The notes: generated by a model not told the origin, from the letters alone. A stretch of 64,000 bases of DNA from Candidatus Latescibacterota bacterium (GCA_965204725.1 OZ242005.1:3680001-3744000); one strand, 5' to 3'; positions 49,482-59,539 are shown, numbered from the stretch's first letter. Numbers and translations: made by a program.

Positions 49482-51617
49482 TCAAAAGTTTGACATGTAG
49501 CTAATTTTCGTCAGCAACACGCGCTCCACGGCCTCGTCCTTGGCCCGGTGTTCGTTGTACGCGATGTAGAACCGGCTGTCGTTCACGCCGAACCTGTAGC
49601 TCAGAAGAAGATTGAGATCGAGGGTGTCCTCGTGGAAGCTGCGCTGAAAAAAGCTGCGGACGAACACGTCGCGCTGGAAAAAGTACGTCGTCCGCAGCAG
49701 CAGGACGCGCTTGACTTCGTCCAACTCCCCGGAAGGAAAATACTCCCACACGGCTTCGGAGCTAGAGTCAAAAAAGAACCCCTTCCCCAAGTTGAATTGC
49801 AGCAGCCCGGATACGCGCCGGATGTCGCCGAAGTATTCGTCGGCAAAGTCGTACTGATCGCGGAGTTGGCCGGTGAGGCGGATGCGGTATTTGCGCCCGT
49901 TGCCCGTGTCAAAACCTGCGTTAAACGAATCGCCCTTGTACGTGTGTTGCTGCCACCGCAACTGCCAATTCTCATGGGTGAAAAACGCCCGCGAATCGTC
50001 CCAGCGCTGCACGTACAAATCGACGTTGGTCCACTGCCATTCCCACCCCTCTTCGTTGGTCCGCTTCTCGGCGGTGAATGCCTGCCCCAAGTAGATTTGC
50101 TTAATGCCGAAAAACTGCGGACGCAGCGCGTAGCTGCCATCAACGCCGAACTCGCGCTCGCCAACATTGGCGTCGTGCGGGATGAAGCCGATTTGATCGA
50201 CGTTGAATCCCGGGTCAATCCAAGACGCCCAAGCCCGGAAGGGCAAGCGGTCAGAATTCCGCGTCAGGCGGCCGGTGTGCATTTTGTTTTGCTCGCCGAC
50301 GTCCGTGCCAAAGCTCATGGCCGAACTGAGGAAGAGCTTGGCGTTTTCAGTCAAGCTCAACACGAGGTCGCTGCCAGCGGCCTGCTGCCCGGAGCGGCCA
50401 TCCTTGCCATCCTCGCCGACCTTGCCGACCGCTAACGCGCCAATAGAGGAGTTGACCCCGAGGTCGCGCTTGAGGCGCAAGACGCCAAAATGCGGCTTGT
50501 CGCCATCGGCTTGGCGGTTGCGCGCCGCGATTAGGCCGAGGCTGTTCTTGCCGATCTTGCCCGTTATTTTGCTGCCGACATCCGGGTCGCTGATCCGGCG
50601 GCTGTAAAAGAGATCCATCGGCGTAAAGAGCGTTTGACCTTCGAGGAAGAAGGGCCGCTTTTCTCTGAGGTAGAGTTCAAACCGCGTCAGGTTGATTTGG
50701 CTTTCGTCGGCTTCGATGTGGGCAAAGTCCGGGTTGAGGGTGGCGTCGAGGGTGAGGTTGGAGGCGATGCCGTATTTCAGGTCGAGCCCCAAGTCGCTGG
50801 CCCACCCTTCGGCGGCCTGATCGCGCAGCCTTTCGTAGCGCCCGGTCATGTAAGGCCGGGTCTCTAAGTGCAGCCCCTGTTTGATGCGCCCAATGCCGTG
50901 GAGGTGGCCGGCCTTGGACACCGTTAAGAGGTAGCGGACGTCTCTGGAGATAAACGCCCAGTTGCTGTTCTCGGTCCCGGTCCGGGCGATGCGTTGGACG
51001 TTGAGCCCCCACGTGTGCTGCTCGGATTCGGGGAACCGCAAGGTCTTGAACGGAATGGCCAGTTCGGCGCTCCAGCCGCGATCGTGGAGGTGGGTCTCGG
51101 CCTGCCAGACGCCGTCCCAATTTTGGTCGATGCCGCCCCAGCCGCCGGCCCCGTCGTCTTGGACGCGAAAGTCGTTTTGGATGCCATAAGCGTTTATGTA
51201 GAAGCCGTAGGCGTTTTGGTGGTCGTGATAGGTGTCTAGCACGAGGCCGACTAGATCGAGGGGCGCGAACCGGCCATCCCGCTCTACCATGCGCCCTTCT
51301 ATGTTACTGGGTTCCTCGTCTATCATGTCGAGGCCGATGTATAGGTAGTCGGCGTCGTATAGGATGCGGATGAAGGTTTGGTTGGTGGCGGCGACGCCTT
51401 CATGGGGGTCGATCAAAATGAAGCCGGTTGAAGGGATGGCGCTCTTCCAGCATTCGTCGTCTAAGACGCCATCTACTTTTGGTGGGACATGCGTCTGGAA
51501 GGCTCGCATTGCCTTGTTGCTCTCGTGGGCCGACGCGGATGGTGCGACGACGAGCGCGGCTCCCCAGAGTAGAACCGCGAGGATGCGCTTGGTCGCATAA
51601 GCTGGGTTCGCTGTCAT
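49482..51617 (-). CDS. CBM9-like/DUF5916 protein, probable outer-membrane beta-barrel
   Basis: Signal peptide; VDGVLDD, IPFKTLRF, NPDF...E, EKRPFF and YSRRI motifs; terminal Phe. Confidence 0.8.
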   Translation of the reverse strand: MTANPAYATKRILAVLLWGAALVVAPSASAHESNKAMRAFQTHVPPKVDGVLDDECWKSAIPSTGFILIDPHEGVAATNQTFIRILYDADYLYIGLDMIDEEPSNIEGRMVERDGRFAPLDLVGLVLDTYHDHQNAYGFYINAYGIQNDFRVQDDGAGGWGGIDQNWDGVWQAETHLHDRGWSAELAIPFKTLRFPESEQHTWGLNVQRIARTGTENSNWAFISRDVRYLLTVSKAGHLHGIGRIKQGLHLETRPYMTGRYERLRDQAAEGWASDLGLDLKYGIASNLTLDATLNPDFAHIEADESQINLTRFELYLREKRPFFLEGQTLFTPMDLFYSRRISDPDVGSKITGKIGKNSLGLIAARNRQADGDKPHFGVLRLKRDLGVNSSIGALAVGKVGEDGKDGRSGQQAAGSDLVLSLTENAKLFLSSAMSFGTDVGEQNKMHTGRLTRNSDRLPFRAWASWIDPGFNVDQIGFIPHDANVGEREFGVDGSYALRPQFFGIKQIYLGQAFTAEKRTNEEGWEWQWTNVDLYVQRWDDSRAFFTHENWQLRWQQHTYKGDSFNAGFDTGNGRKYRIRLTGQLRDQYDFADEYFGDIRRVSGLLQFNLGKGFFFDSSSEAVWEYFPSGELDEVKRVLLLRTTYFFQRDVFVRSFFQRSFHEDTLDLNLLLSYRFGVNDSRFYIAYNEHRAKDEAVERVLLTKISYMSNF

Positions 51618-51791
51618 CGCGGAGGTTCCTCCGTTCCTAGCGGACAAACTGCAAGGTCCCGAACACCGATAGGTCGTAAAAATTCCTGCCGCCGCCGCCA
51701 GACTATTATGAGAGTGGATTTTATGCCTTCTCTGGGAAAGTCGCTGTCGTCTATATCAATGTCAAACCACAGGGTCTTTGCGCACACTCCG

Positions 51792-52697
51792 CTATTCCTT
51801 GCCCAACATTGCCAACAGTTCCCTACTATGTTCGATGAAGTGTTCTGCTCGTTGTCTGTCTGGGGCTTCCGAAAGAAACACAACCGCAAGCATTATCGCG
51901 GTGTCAAGCCGGCATAAGATCATTGCCGCTTCTTCAAGCGGATCTTCAAGCTCTCCGTAGCCTTGCAGAAACTCAGTGCTCAACAAGCCATACTCTTGGA
52001 TCCTAGCCAACTCTAGGTCCGGGGGGCCAATGAGTGCGTTTGCCCAATCAATGACGCTGACTATAGCACCTCGCCGGGTCAGTACATTCTTGTTAGGTCG
52101 GATGTCCATGTGAAGGAGACAGGGACGCCTGCTGTCCAAGCGGCCTAACAACTCGTAGAGGGTATCTAGTGACGGAGTAGGCAAGGTAGTTCCAGATATT
52201 CTCTGAACAGCTTCACTTCTCTGGACCACTCTTTCGGCAATCGTCTCAGCCAGAGATTTTCCCTGCATTGCCCAAGGAATCAATGGAGGCTTGCAATCGT
52301 GGATAGCTCGTACGACCTCTCCTAGCTCAAACTCGCAGGGGGCGTCAGAGTCATTGTCGATGTACTCGTAAGCAAGGAAATCAACACCGTCCCCAAGGGG
52401 TGCCTCGTGAACGGCAATCACCTCGGGGGTAGGAACTCCCAACTGCGCGACATGTCTTGCAATGGTCGCCTCTTGTCTGAGCAGTACGCGAGAGTCTATC
52501 TCGCCGTCATTCTCGTTTTTAAGGAATCGCTGTCTAGGCACCCTGATCGCTAAATCGCCATAAAGAGTCGATTTGGCTCGCCAAACCACCATATCGAGAC
52601 CTGTCCCTACTAGTGCTAGGTCCCGAACAGCCCAATCGCCGTAGTATCTAGCTATTGCCTCCTCAAGTTGAGCGAGGATATAGCAATCCGACATCAT
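51792..52697 (-). CDS. Aminoglycoside phosphotransferase (APH)-family kinase
   Basis: LLHMDIRPN...IDW...DLE motifs; AT-richer than flanks. Confidence 0.8.
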   Translation of the reverse strand: MMSDCYILAQLEEAIARYYGDWAVRDLALVGTGLDMVVWRAKSTLYGDLAIRVPRQRFLKNENDGEIDSRVLLRQEATIARHVAQLGVPTPEVIAVHEAPLGDGVDFLAYEYIDNDSDAPCEFELGEVVRAIHDCKPPLIPWAMQGKSLAETIAERVVQRSEAVQRISGTTLPTPSLDTLYELLGRLDSRRPCLLHMDIRPNKNVLTRRGAIVSVIDWANALIGPPDLELARIQEYGLLSTEFLQGYGELEDPLEEAAMILCRLDTAIMLAVVFLSEAPDRQRAEHFIEHSRELLAMLGKE

Positions 52698-52705
52698 TCA
52701 AGACT

Positions 52706-52756
52706 GGATTCCCGCCCCGTGTCGGGCACGGGGTGACGTTCTTTCGCGGGAGTGAC
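52706..52756. repeat. Extended REP variant
   Basis: GGATTCCCGCCCCGTGTCGGGCACGGGGTGACGTTCTTTCGCGGGAGTGAC, near-identical to 14113-14164. Confidence 0.75.
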
Positions 52757-52812
52757 GCCTCGTAGATAAAAAAGACCGGGCCGATCAAGTTTGCGGTACA
52801 CTTGGGGTGTGG

Positions 52813-53214
52813 TCAGAGTTTGATGACGGCAATGAGGATGCCAGTGATGGCGATCAAGGTCGTCATCGTCCACCTGAAATAGGCATCCATGCGCTTATTG
52901 GTCTCGTCGATGCGGCGGTGAACCTCTTGGATTTGCTCTCTCAACGAGAGATTGGTCTCATCGATGCGGTGGTGAGCCGCTTGGATTTGTTCACTCAACG
53001 AGCGGTTGGTCTCGTCAATGCGGAGGTGAACTGCTCCCACCTGATTACGCAGGTCTTGGATTTGTTCACTCAACGAGCGGTTGGTCTCGTCGATGCGGTG
53101 ATGAACGGCTCCTACTTGATTACGCAGGTCTTGGATGTCTTCGCGCAGATAACTGATGCCCCAGTGCAGTTCTTCGGAGGCAGGACGAGATTGAGGGGCG
53201 GGACTATCGGTCAT
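52813..53214 (-). CDS. Repeat coiled-coil protein with C-terminal membrane anchor (second subfamily)
   Basis: Four H.RIDETN repeats spaced 25, 18 and 18 aa; tail FRWTMTTLIAITGILIAVIKL; AAGGAG RBS. Confidence 0.75.
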   Translation of the reverse strand: MTDSPAPQSRPASEELHWGISYLREDIQDLRNQVGAVHHRIDETNRSLSEQIQDLRNQVGAVHLRIDETNRSLSEQIQAAHHRIDETNLSLREQIQEVHRRIDETNKRMDAYFRWTMTTLIAITGILIAVIKL

Positions 53215-53409
53215 GGCAAACTCCTTGAGGATGGCGGGCTAGGAGGGAATATGGCGACGCAAGGATCGTAAAGCAATCTATGTGCCAACGCCGATCTCTG
53301 AGTAAAAACGGCGATCCGCTAGCTCGATCTGTGTGTGTTTGCACACGCAGGTGGCTTCTTTTCGATACACGAGGAATCGGCGGGGGGTGCTACGGTATCA
53401 GGGCGTAGC

Positions 53410-56400
53410 TCACCGGATTTGGCGAATTTGCTCGATCTTCTTGTTGAGTCGCTTGGGGGAGATCGGGTGGGCCGTGCCTAGCTCTTGGGCGAAGACTGAG
53501 ACGCGATATTCCTCCAGCATCCAGCGCAACTCCTTGATTTGCACCTCCCGCTTGGGCGAATGGGCCGCCCCAGCGAGCTGTTCCAACTGGCTCTCGTACA
53601 TCGCGATCAACTCGGCCTTCTGCGCGTCCTTGCGCGGGTCGCTCGCAGCGCGCTCGGTACGCACCTCAACGGCCTTTAGGTAGCGGAGCAAGTGGCTGAG
53701 ACGGTGGAAGGGAACGCGGGCGAGGAAATCGTCTGGCAGCAGTCGCTCCAAGTCGGCGTCCAGCCCGCGATAGGACCGGCCCGCAAGGCGGATTGCCCGG
53801 CGAGCTTCGAGCAGGCTATCGACCAAGGAGATGAAGCGCGGGGCCAAGCCGCGCAGCCGCTGCTTGGCCTGCTCCAGCACGGCGTCGAAGTCCCGTTGAC
53901 GCAGGGGTAGGATTTGCTCGAGGTGGAAGAGATAGCGCTCTAGATGTTCAAACGCTTGGGTGCGCAGTTCGAGGGGACTGCCTTGGTAGCGCGCCTTAAA
54001 CTGCGCCAGCTCTTGGAGTTCGCGCCGGAGCCACGCTAGCTCGTCGCGGAGCGCGAGGGCACAGAGGCCCAAAAACCCCTCGCGCGAGCGGGCTTCGGCT
54101 TCGGCGCGCCTTTTGTAGAGCCGCAGCGACACGCCGCCTTCGTCCCGGCCCAGGCCGGGCCATCCATAGAGCGGCACCCCGCCCGCTTGGGTCACCTCTA
54201 TGCGCTCAGGCAGGTCGCCGAAATCCCACGTAGTGATCCCGGCTCGTTCCCACTGTTGGGCCGCCTTTTTCCAAGCGTCGAGCTCGACGGGCGCGTCGTG
54301 CTGTTCGAGGCGTTGGGTCAGTTGCTGCAAATCGCGGCCGGCCGCGACGGATTGCTCGCTGGTCCCTTGGATCTCGACGCGCATCTTGAGGTGGTCGGGC
54401 AGGTCGGCCGCGTTCCAGTCTGACGGCTCGATTTGGATCCGGTGGTGCTGGCGGATGTGAGCTTGCAGCGACTGCAAAAAGGTGGGGTGCGTCGGCTTGA
54501 GCGCGGCCGCAATGCGCTGAGCCTTCGCGGGAATCGGCACCAGTTGCTTGCGGATGGACTTGGGCAACGAGCGCAGCAGGACGGTAATTTTTTCTTCAAG
54601 CAGGCCCGGCACCAGCCATTCGAGTATTTCTGGATCGACGGCATGGGCCAGCTTGTAGGGCAATTTGACCGTGATGCCGTCCTCGTCTTGCCCTGGGCGA
54701 TAGGCGTAGCTAAGCGCTAGTTTTTTGCCGTCGAGGTCGAGTGCGTCGGGGAAGGCCTGCTGGTCGAAGCCAGCGCGGGGGGTGCCGAGCAAGTCCTCCT
54801 CCTTCATCACCAGGAAATCGTCGGCTCGGTCTTTGAGGAATCGGTTGAGGTCGTGTAGCGAGGAAACATCGTCGAGGTGCTGGGCGTAAAAGCGGGCCGC
54901 GGCCTCTTCGACGTGGACATCGGCCAAGCCGCGGGCGCGGGTCTGCCAAGTTTCGATCTTCTGACACAAGCGAATGTTGTGCGCGAGAAACTTGTGCGGA
55001 GTATGCACTGCCCCGGGCACCAACGCCTCGCGGATGAATATGTCGGTGGCCTCGCGGGCGTTGATGCGGCTATAGGGGATGCGGCGACTGAGCACTTCGA
55101 GGCCGTAGAGGGTCTGCTTTTCTCGCACCAGCACCCGGCCTGAGCGCGGGTTGAAGTAAGGCTGGTCGTACGAAGCGCGACACAGGTGACTGCCTAGCTC
55201 AGCGAGCCATTCGGGCTGGATGCGGGCGACGGTGCGGGCGAACAGGCGCGAGGTCTCGACGATCTCGGCCGCGACCAACCAGCCCGGTGGCCCGCCTTCG
55301 CCCGCCTGCTTCCGCTTGTTGGAGCGGAAAAGCCCCGAGCCGGGAAAAACCATCACCTCGCGACCGTGCGCCGCCTGATAGATGTTGCCCTCCTCTTGGT
55401 GCGCCACACTCGAAAGCAGGCCGGTGAGTACGGAGCGGTGGATCGCGTCGTACCCGGCGGGTTTTGAGTTGAAGCGAAAGCCTTTTGTTTCGCTCAGTGC
55501 CTCGCGGATCTGCGCGTGGATGTCGCGCCATTCGCGCATCCGCAGGTACGAGAGATAGTGCGCCTTGCAGAATTTGCGGAGCTGGTTCTGCGAAGCGTTT
55601 TCCAATTTGTCGTGGTAGGCGTTCCATATATTGAGATAGGCTAGGAAATCGGAGTTTTTGTCGTGGAACTGCCGGTGCATTCGGTCGGCCGCATCCTGCT
55701 CTTCGAGAGGCCGCTCGCGCGGGTCTTGAATGCTGATGGCCGCGGCGATGACGAGCACTTGGGAAAGGGCGTGCTCCTCGCGGGCTTGGAGCAGCATCCG
55801 CGAGACGGTGGGGTCGATGGGCAGGCGGGCCATGGCGCGACCAATGGGCGTGAGGGCGCGGTTTTCGTCGAGGGCGTTGAGTTGGCGCAGGAGTTGGAAA
55901 CCGCCGGCGATAGCGGCTTTGGTCGGGGGGTCGATAAAGGGGAAAGCCGCAATGTCGCCTAGCTTGAGGTGTATCATCCGCAGGATGACTTCGGCGAGAT
56001 TGGCCCGCTGGATCTCGGGCTGGGTGTATTCGGGCCGCGCGAGAAAGTCCTGCTCCGAGTAGAGGCGAATGCACACCCCGTCCTCGACCCGCCCACAGCG
56101 TCCCTCCCGTTGGCGGGCACTGCTCTGGGAGATCGGTTCGATGGGCAAGCACTGCGTGTGGGTGCGGGGATTGTAGCGCGACAGACGCGCCAAGCCCGTA
56201 TCGACGACGTAGCGGATGCGGGGAATAGTCAGGGAAGTCTCGGCGATGTTGGTGGCCAACACGACGCGCCGGCGGTCCCCCGGAGCAAATACGCGCTGCT
56301 GCTCCCCGGCTGTTAGGCGGCCAAACAGCGGCAGGACCTCGACCCCGCGCCACTTGCGCCCTTCGAGCCGCTCGCGGGTCTCGCGAATATCGCGCTCGGA

Positions 56401-57288
56401 CGGCAGAAAGACTAAGAGGTCGCCCTGCCGCGACGTCCGCACTATTTCTTCTACCGCGCTGGCGGCCGCATCCAAATACGTGTAGTCGCCGCGGTCTTGC
56501 AGGAGCTCGTCGAGCGGCCAATAGCGGACCTCGACCGGAAACATCCGGCCCGAGACTTGGATGACCGGGGCGTCGTCAAAGGCCCGCGAGAAGGTTTCTG
56601 TATCGATGGTAGCCGAAGTAATGACGATCTTGAGATCGGGCCGCTTGCGGCGAAGGACCCGCAAATAGCCGAGCAGGAAATCGATGTTGAGGCTGCGCTC
56701 ATGGGCCTCGTCCACGATAATGGTGTCGTATTCGAGCAGGTCGGGATCGGTTTGGGTCTCGGCAAGCAGCATGCCGTCGGTCATGACCTTGATGCAGGTC
56801 TCGGGTGCAGTCTGGTCGCGGAAGCGGATTTTGCAGCCGACATCGCTGCCGTAGGCCACGCCCAGTTCCTCCGCGATGCGGCCGGCGATGGAGAGCGCGG
56901 CAACGCGACGCGGCTGGGTGACAGCGATGCGGCCGGCCTCGCCCCGGCCGGCCTCTAGGCAAATTTTGGGCAGTTGCGTGCTCTTGCCCGAGCCGGTCTC
57001 GCCGGCGACGACGACGACGGGGTGCGCTTGCAGCGCCGCGAGGATTTCGTCCCGGCGGTCGCTGATGGGCAGGGCGGGTGGGTAGGTGGGGATTGGGCGA
57101 TTTTCGCGTCGCCGCTCGCGCAAGCGAGCCGAGCTGCGAGCTTGGCCCAAGAGACGCTCGACCTCTTCGGGGCTGAGGTGCCGGCGATTCAGACGCCGTT
57201 CAATGTGCGCCCGATCTTGGAGCATACACTGCGGCAGGAGGGTTTTGAGCGCAGTGATGGGGTGGAGGCTACTAGGCGATTGATTCAA
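53410..57288 (-). CDS. hrpA: ATP-dependent RNA helicase HrpA
   Basis: GETGSGKSTQLP, DEAHER, SAT, ATNIAETSLT and QREGRCGR motifs; C-terminal WMLEEYRVSVFAQ. Confidence 0.95.
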   Translation of the reverse strand: MNQSPSSLHPITALKTLLPQCMLQDRAHIERRLNRRHLSPEEVERLLGQARSSARLRERRRENRPIPTYPPALPISDRRDEILAALQAHPVVVVAGETGSGKSTQLPKICLEAGRGEAGRIAVTQPRRVAALSIAGRIAEELGVAYGSDVGCKIRFRDQTAPETCIKVMTDGMLLAETQTDPDLLEYDTIIVDEAHERSLNIDFLLGYLRVLRRKRPDLKIVITSATIDTETFSRAFDDAPVIQVSGRMFPVEVRYWPLDELLQDRGDYTYLDAAASAVEEIVRTSRQGDLLVFLPSERDIRETRERLEGRKWRGVEVLPLFGRLTAGEQQRVFAPGDRRRVVLATNIAETSLTIPRIRYVVDTGLARLSRYNPRTHTQCLPIEPISQSSARQREGRCGRVEDGVCIRLYSEQDFLARPEYTQPEIQRANLAEVILRMIHLKLGDIAAFPFIDPPTKAAIAGGFQLLRQLNALDENRALTPIGRAMARLPIDPTVSRMLLQAREEHALSQVLVIAAAISIQDPRERPLEEQDAADRMHRQFHDKNSDFLAYLNIWNAYHDKLENASQNQLRKFCKAHYLSYLRMREWRDIHAQIREALSETKGFRFNSKPAGYDAIHRSVLTGLLSSVAHQEEGNIYQAAHGREVMVFPGSGLFRSNKRKQAGEGGPPGWLVAAEIVETSRLFARTVARIQPEWLAELGSHLCRASYDQPYFNPRSGRVLVREKQTLYGLEVLSRRIPYSRINAREATDIFIREALVPGAVHTPHKFLAHNIRLCQKIETWQTRARGLADVHVEEAAARFYAQHLDDVSSLHDLNRFLKDRADDFLVMKEEDLLGTPRAGFDQQAFPDALDLDGKKLALSYAYRPGQDEDGITVKLPYKLAHAVDPEILEWLVPGLLEEKITVLLRSLPKSIRKQLVPIPAKAQRIAAALKPTHPTFLQSLQAHIRQHHRIQIEPSDWNAADLPDHLKMRVEIQGTSEQSVAAGRDLQQLTQRLEQHDAPVELDAWKKAAQQWERAGITTWDFGDLPERIEVTQAGGVPLYGWPGLGRDEGGVSLRLYKRRAEAEARSREGFLGLCALALRDELAWLRRELQELAQFKARYQGSPLELRTQAFEHLERYLFHLEQILPLRQRDFDAVLEQAKQRLRGLAPRFISLVDSLLEARRAIRLAGRSYRGLDADLERLLPDDFLARVPFHRLSHLLRYLKAVEVRTERAASDPRKDAQKAELIAMYESQLEQLAGAAHSPKREVQIKELRWMLEEYRVSVFAQELGTAHPISPKRLNKKIEQIRQIR

Positions 57289-57368
57289 AATTTACAAGGG
57301 GTTACGGCGTTTGTACTGGCCCAAAAAATGTACGGCCGGGGCCGCATGGTGGCAAATACGAGGACGAG

Positions 57369-57394
57369 GTATTACTTTCTCGCAAAAGTAATAC
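57369..57394. promoter_or_regulatory. Operator-like inverted repeat upstream of vapBC
   Basis: GTATTACTTT-N6-AAAGTAATAC, perfect arms. Confidence 0.65.
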
Positions 57395-57426
57395 TTTGAT
57401 CGCGTCTCGCCAAAAGGAGCCAGAGG

Positions 57427-57654
57427 ATGTCTCGAATAACGAGCAAAGGACAGGTGACCATTCCCAAGAATATCCGCCAAGTGTTGGGGGTCAAACCGGG
57501 CGACCGAGTCGCGTTTGAACTGCTGCCCGACCGGAGGGTGGTGGTCAAGCCACTATTGGCTACAACCGTCTTTGAACGCTACGTCGGCTATCTAACGACC
57601 CAAGAGGGCGCGGACCCGGACCGCATCGTCGCCCAGCTCAGGGACGACGAATGA
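57427..57654 (+). CDS. AbrB/MazE/SpoVT family antitoxin
   Basis: ITSKGQVTIPK...LG..PGD motif. Confidence 0.9.
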   Translation: MSRITSKGQVTIPKNIRQVLGVKPGDRVAFELLPDRRVVVKPLLATTVFERYVGYLTTQEGADPDRIVAQLRDDE

Positions 57655-58124
57655 TTACCGCCGTTGATACGAATATCTTTTTGGATTTGTTGATTCCCAA
57701 TGCGCGTTTTGTGGATTCGTCTAAGGAGAAACTGGAAAAGGCCCACGGCGAAGGCGAACTGATTGTATGCGAGGTCGTTTGGGCTGAGTTGGCCTCGCAG
57801 TTTGTGGAACAGCCGGTGCTAGAGGCCTTTTTACGCGATGCTGGGATTAGGCGAGTGCCGGCGACCGAGGACGCCCTATTTGCAGCCGGCCTAGCTTGGA
57901 AAACCTATCGAGCGCGGCGAGGAAGTGGATGGTCCTGTGCGGCCTGCGGTCGCGTCCAGTGCGCAGTACCATGCGCCCAGTGTGGTGCGCGATTGCGTGG
58001 TCGGCAGCACATCGTCAGCGATTTTCTCATCGGTGCCCACGCCTTGCACCAAGCCGATCGTCTATTGAGCCGAGATCGCGGATTTTACGCGGCGTACTTT
58101 GAGGAATTGGTGCTGATGGTCTAA
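57651..58124 (+). CDS. vapC: PIN-domain VapC toxin with a Cys-rich insertion
   Basis: VDTN, VWAEL, DFLIGAHA and LSRD motifs; ATGA overlap. Confidence 0.88.
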   Translation: MITAVDTNIFLDLLIPNARFVDSSKEKLEKAHGEGELIVCEVVWAELASQFVEQPVLEAFLRDAGIRRVPATEDALFAAGLAWKTYRARRGSGWSCAACGRVQCAVPCAQCGARLRGRQHIVSDFLIGAHALHQADRLLSRDRGFYAAYFEELVLMV

Positions 58125-58137
58125 GTAGCGCGCCTAC

Positions 58138-59406
58138 TCAGGCGTCCGAACGCCACAGGCGCGGTATAGGGCTGGTGGCTTGGCGCTCGGGCAAGCGCCA
58201 GTATTCGGCCTCTGCTGGGATCTCTTGTAGGTGCGGGCAAGTCATGCCGTGGCGGTCCCACACCACTTTGCCCGCCCGCAGGGTCAGGGCACATTCGAGG
58301 CGGTGCCGGGCTTCGATGCAGGCCCAACCGCAGTCGCGAAAGTAGAAGTTGCCTTCGAGGACGCCCAGCACGGCGATGTTGGCCTCAGAACCGGGCGTCA
58401 AGGCCCCCAACTCGGGCCGGCGAATGGCGCGCGCCGGCGTGACGGTGGAGCGGTAGATCACTTCCTGTAAGGGCATGTCCATGGCCAAGCACTTGGACAT
58501 GGTGTCGAGCATGGAGTGAACGTGGCCGTTGATATTGCCCAGATGCAGGTCGGTGCTAATGGAATCGGGTGGGAAGCCGTCGGCGATGGCGGGCATGGCG
58601 GCGCGGTACCAGAAGCTGGCCGCCCCGTGCCCGAGGTCGAAGTGGATGCCCTGTTGCCGCGCCTGCCGCATGTAGTCGTACACCGCGCCGTTTTCGTCGA
58701 TGACGGGGAACTGGCGGGCAAAGACGTGGGTGTGGATGTCGCCTCGGCGCAGGTGCTTGAGGAGGAGATCGGGATAGGAGCGCTCGGGCGGGCGCGGCCA
58801 GAAGTCAACCATCACTGGCATTTTACAGCGCTCGCCGGCCTCGACGGCCGCATCAACCGAGGCCCAAGGCGGGTGCTCGTCGTCAAAGGGCTTGGTGGTC
58901 CAATAGTGGGCGGTCTTGATGCCCACGCACACATCGTCGTGGGCCGAGGCCATCTCGGCCGCCTGCTGAGGATCGAGGTTGGCGACGACTTGTTCGGGCG
59001 GGCCCATGCCGGGGGCGGCAATGTTGATATAGGCGAACATGCGGATCGCGGAGCGGTTGATCACCGTCTCGCGGAAGTGCTCAAACTCCTCGGCACCGGC
59101 CGTGCCCGTATCGACGCAGGCGGTTACGCCCTCTTTGAGGAAGTGGGCGTCGGCGTTGAGGCTGCCCACCAAGCCGCTCGATTTGCGGGCGCGGGTGTGG
59201 TAGGTATGGACGTGGATGTCGATTAGGCCCGGCACGACGACTAGGTTGCCCACATCGATTACGCAGTGGGCATCGGCGGTGGGGATGTCCGCTTCGACGC
59301 GGGCGATGCGGCCGTCGAGTACGCCCACGTCGGCGACGCCGTCCATATCGTTGGTAGGGTCGATTACGTGGCCGCCTTTGAGCAGCATTTCGAGCTTGCG
59401 GGGCAT
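58138..59406 (-). CDS. Amidohydrolase/deacetylase (dihydroorotase-like metallohydrolase)
   Basis: PGLIDIHVH, DTGTAG, DLGHG and ISTDLH motifs. Confidence 0.88.
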   Translation of the reverse strand: MPRKLEMLLKGGHVIDPTNDMDGVADVGVLDGRIARVEADIPTADAHCVIDVGNLVVVPGLIDIHVHTYHTRARKSSGLVGSLNADAHFLKEGVTACVDTGTAGAEEFEHFRETVINRSAIRMFAYINIAAPGMGPPEQVVANLDPQQAAEMASAHDDVCVGIKTAHYWTTKPFDDEHPPWASVDAAVEAGERCKMPVMVDFWPRPPERSYPDLLLKHLRRGDIHTHVFARQFPVIDENGAVYDYMRQARQQGIHFDLGHGAASFWYRAAMPAIADGFPPDSISTDLHLGNINGHVHSMLDTMSKCLAMDMPLQEVIYRSTVTPARAIRRPELGALTPGSEANIAVLGVLEGNFYFRDCGWACIEARHRLECALTLRAGKVVWDRHGMTCPHLQEIPAEAEYWRLPERQATSPIPRLWRSDA

Positions 59407-59478
59407 GGCTTTTCGTTCCAGATGTCAGGGTGAAAATCAAAAAATAGGCTGGCCCAAAAGGAGGGTCAAATGGGGTTA

Positions 59479-59508
59479 TTGACAATGGTTAGACGCTTGG
59501 GTTACAAT
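59479..59508 (+). promoter_or_regulatory. Putative sigma70 promoter of the nfeD-floA operon
   Basis: TTGACA-N18-TACAAT. Confidence 0.5.
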
Positions 59509-59539
59509 CTATAGTCTCATAATTCATACAACTTAGATA

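Noticed and set aside
51614-51889. RiPP precursor peptide next to the ABC exporter
   Set aside because: Looks like a truncated gene scrap; no leader motif or modifying enzyme nearby.
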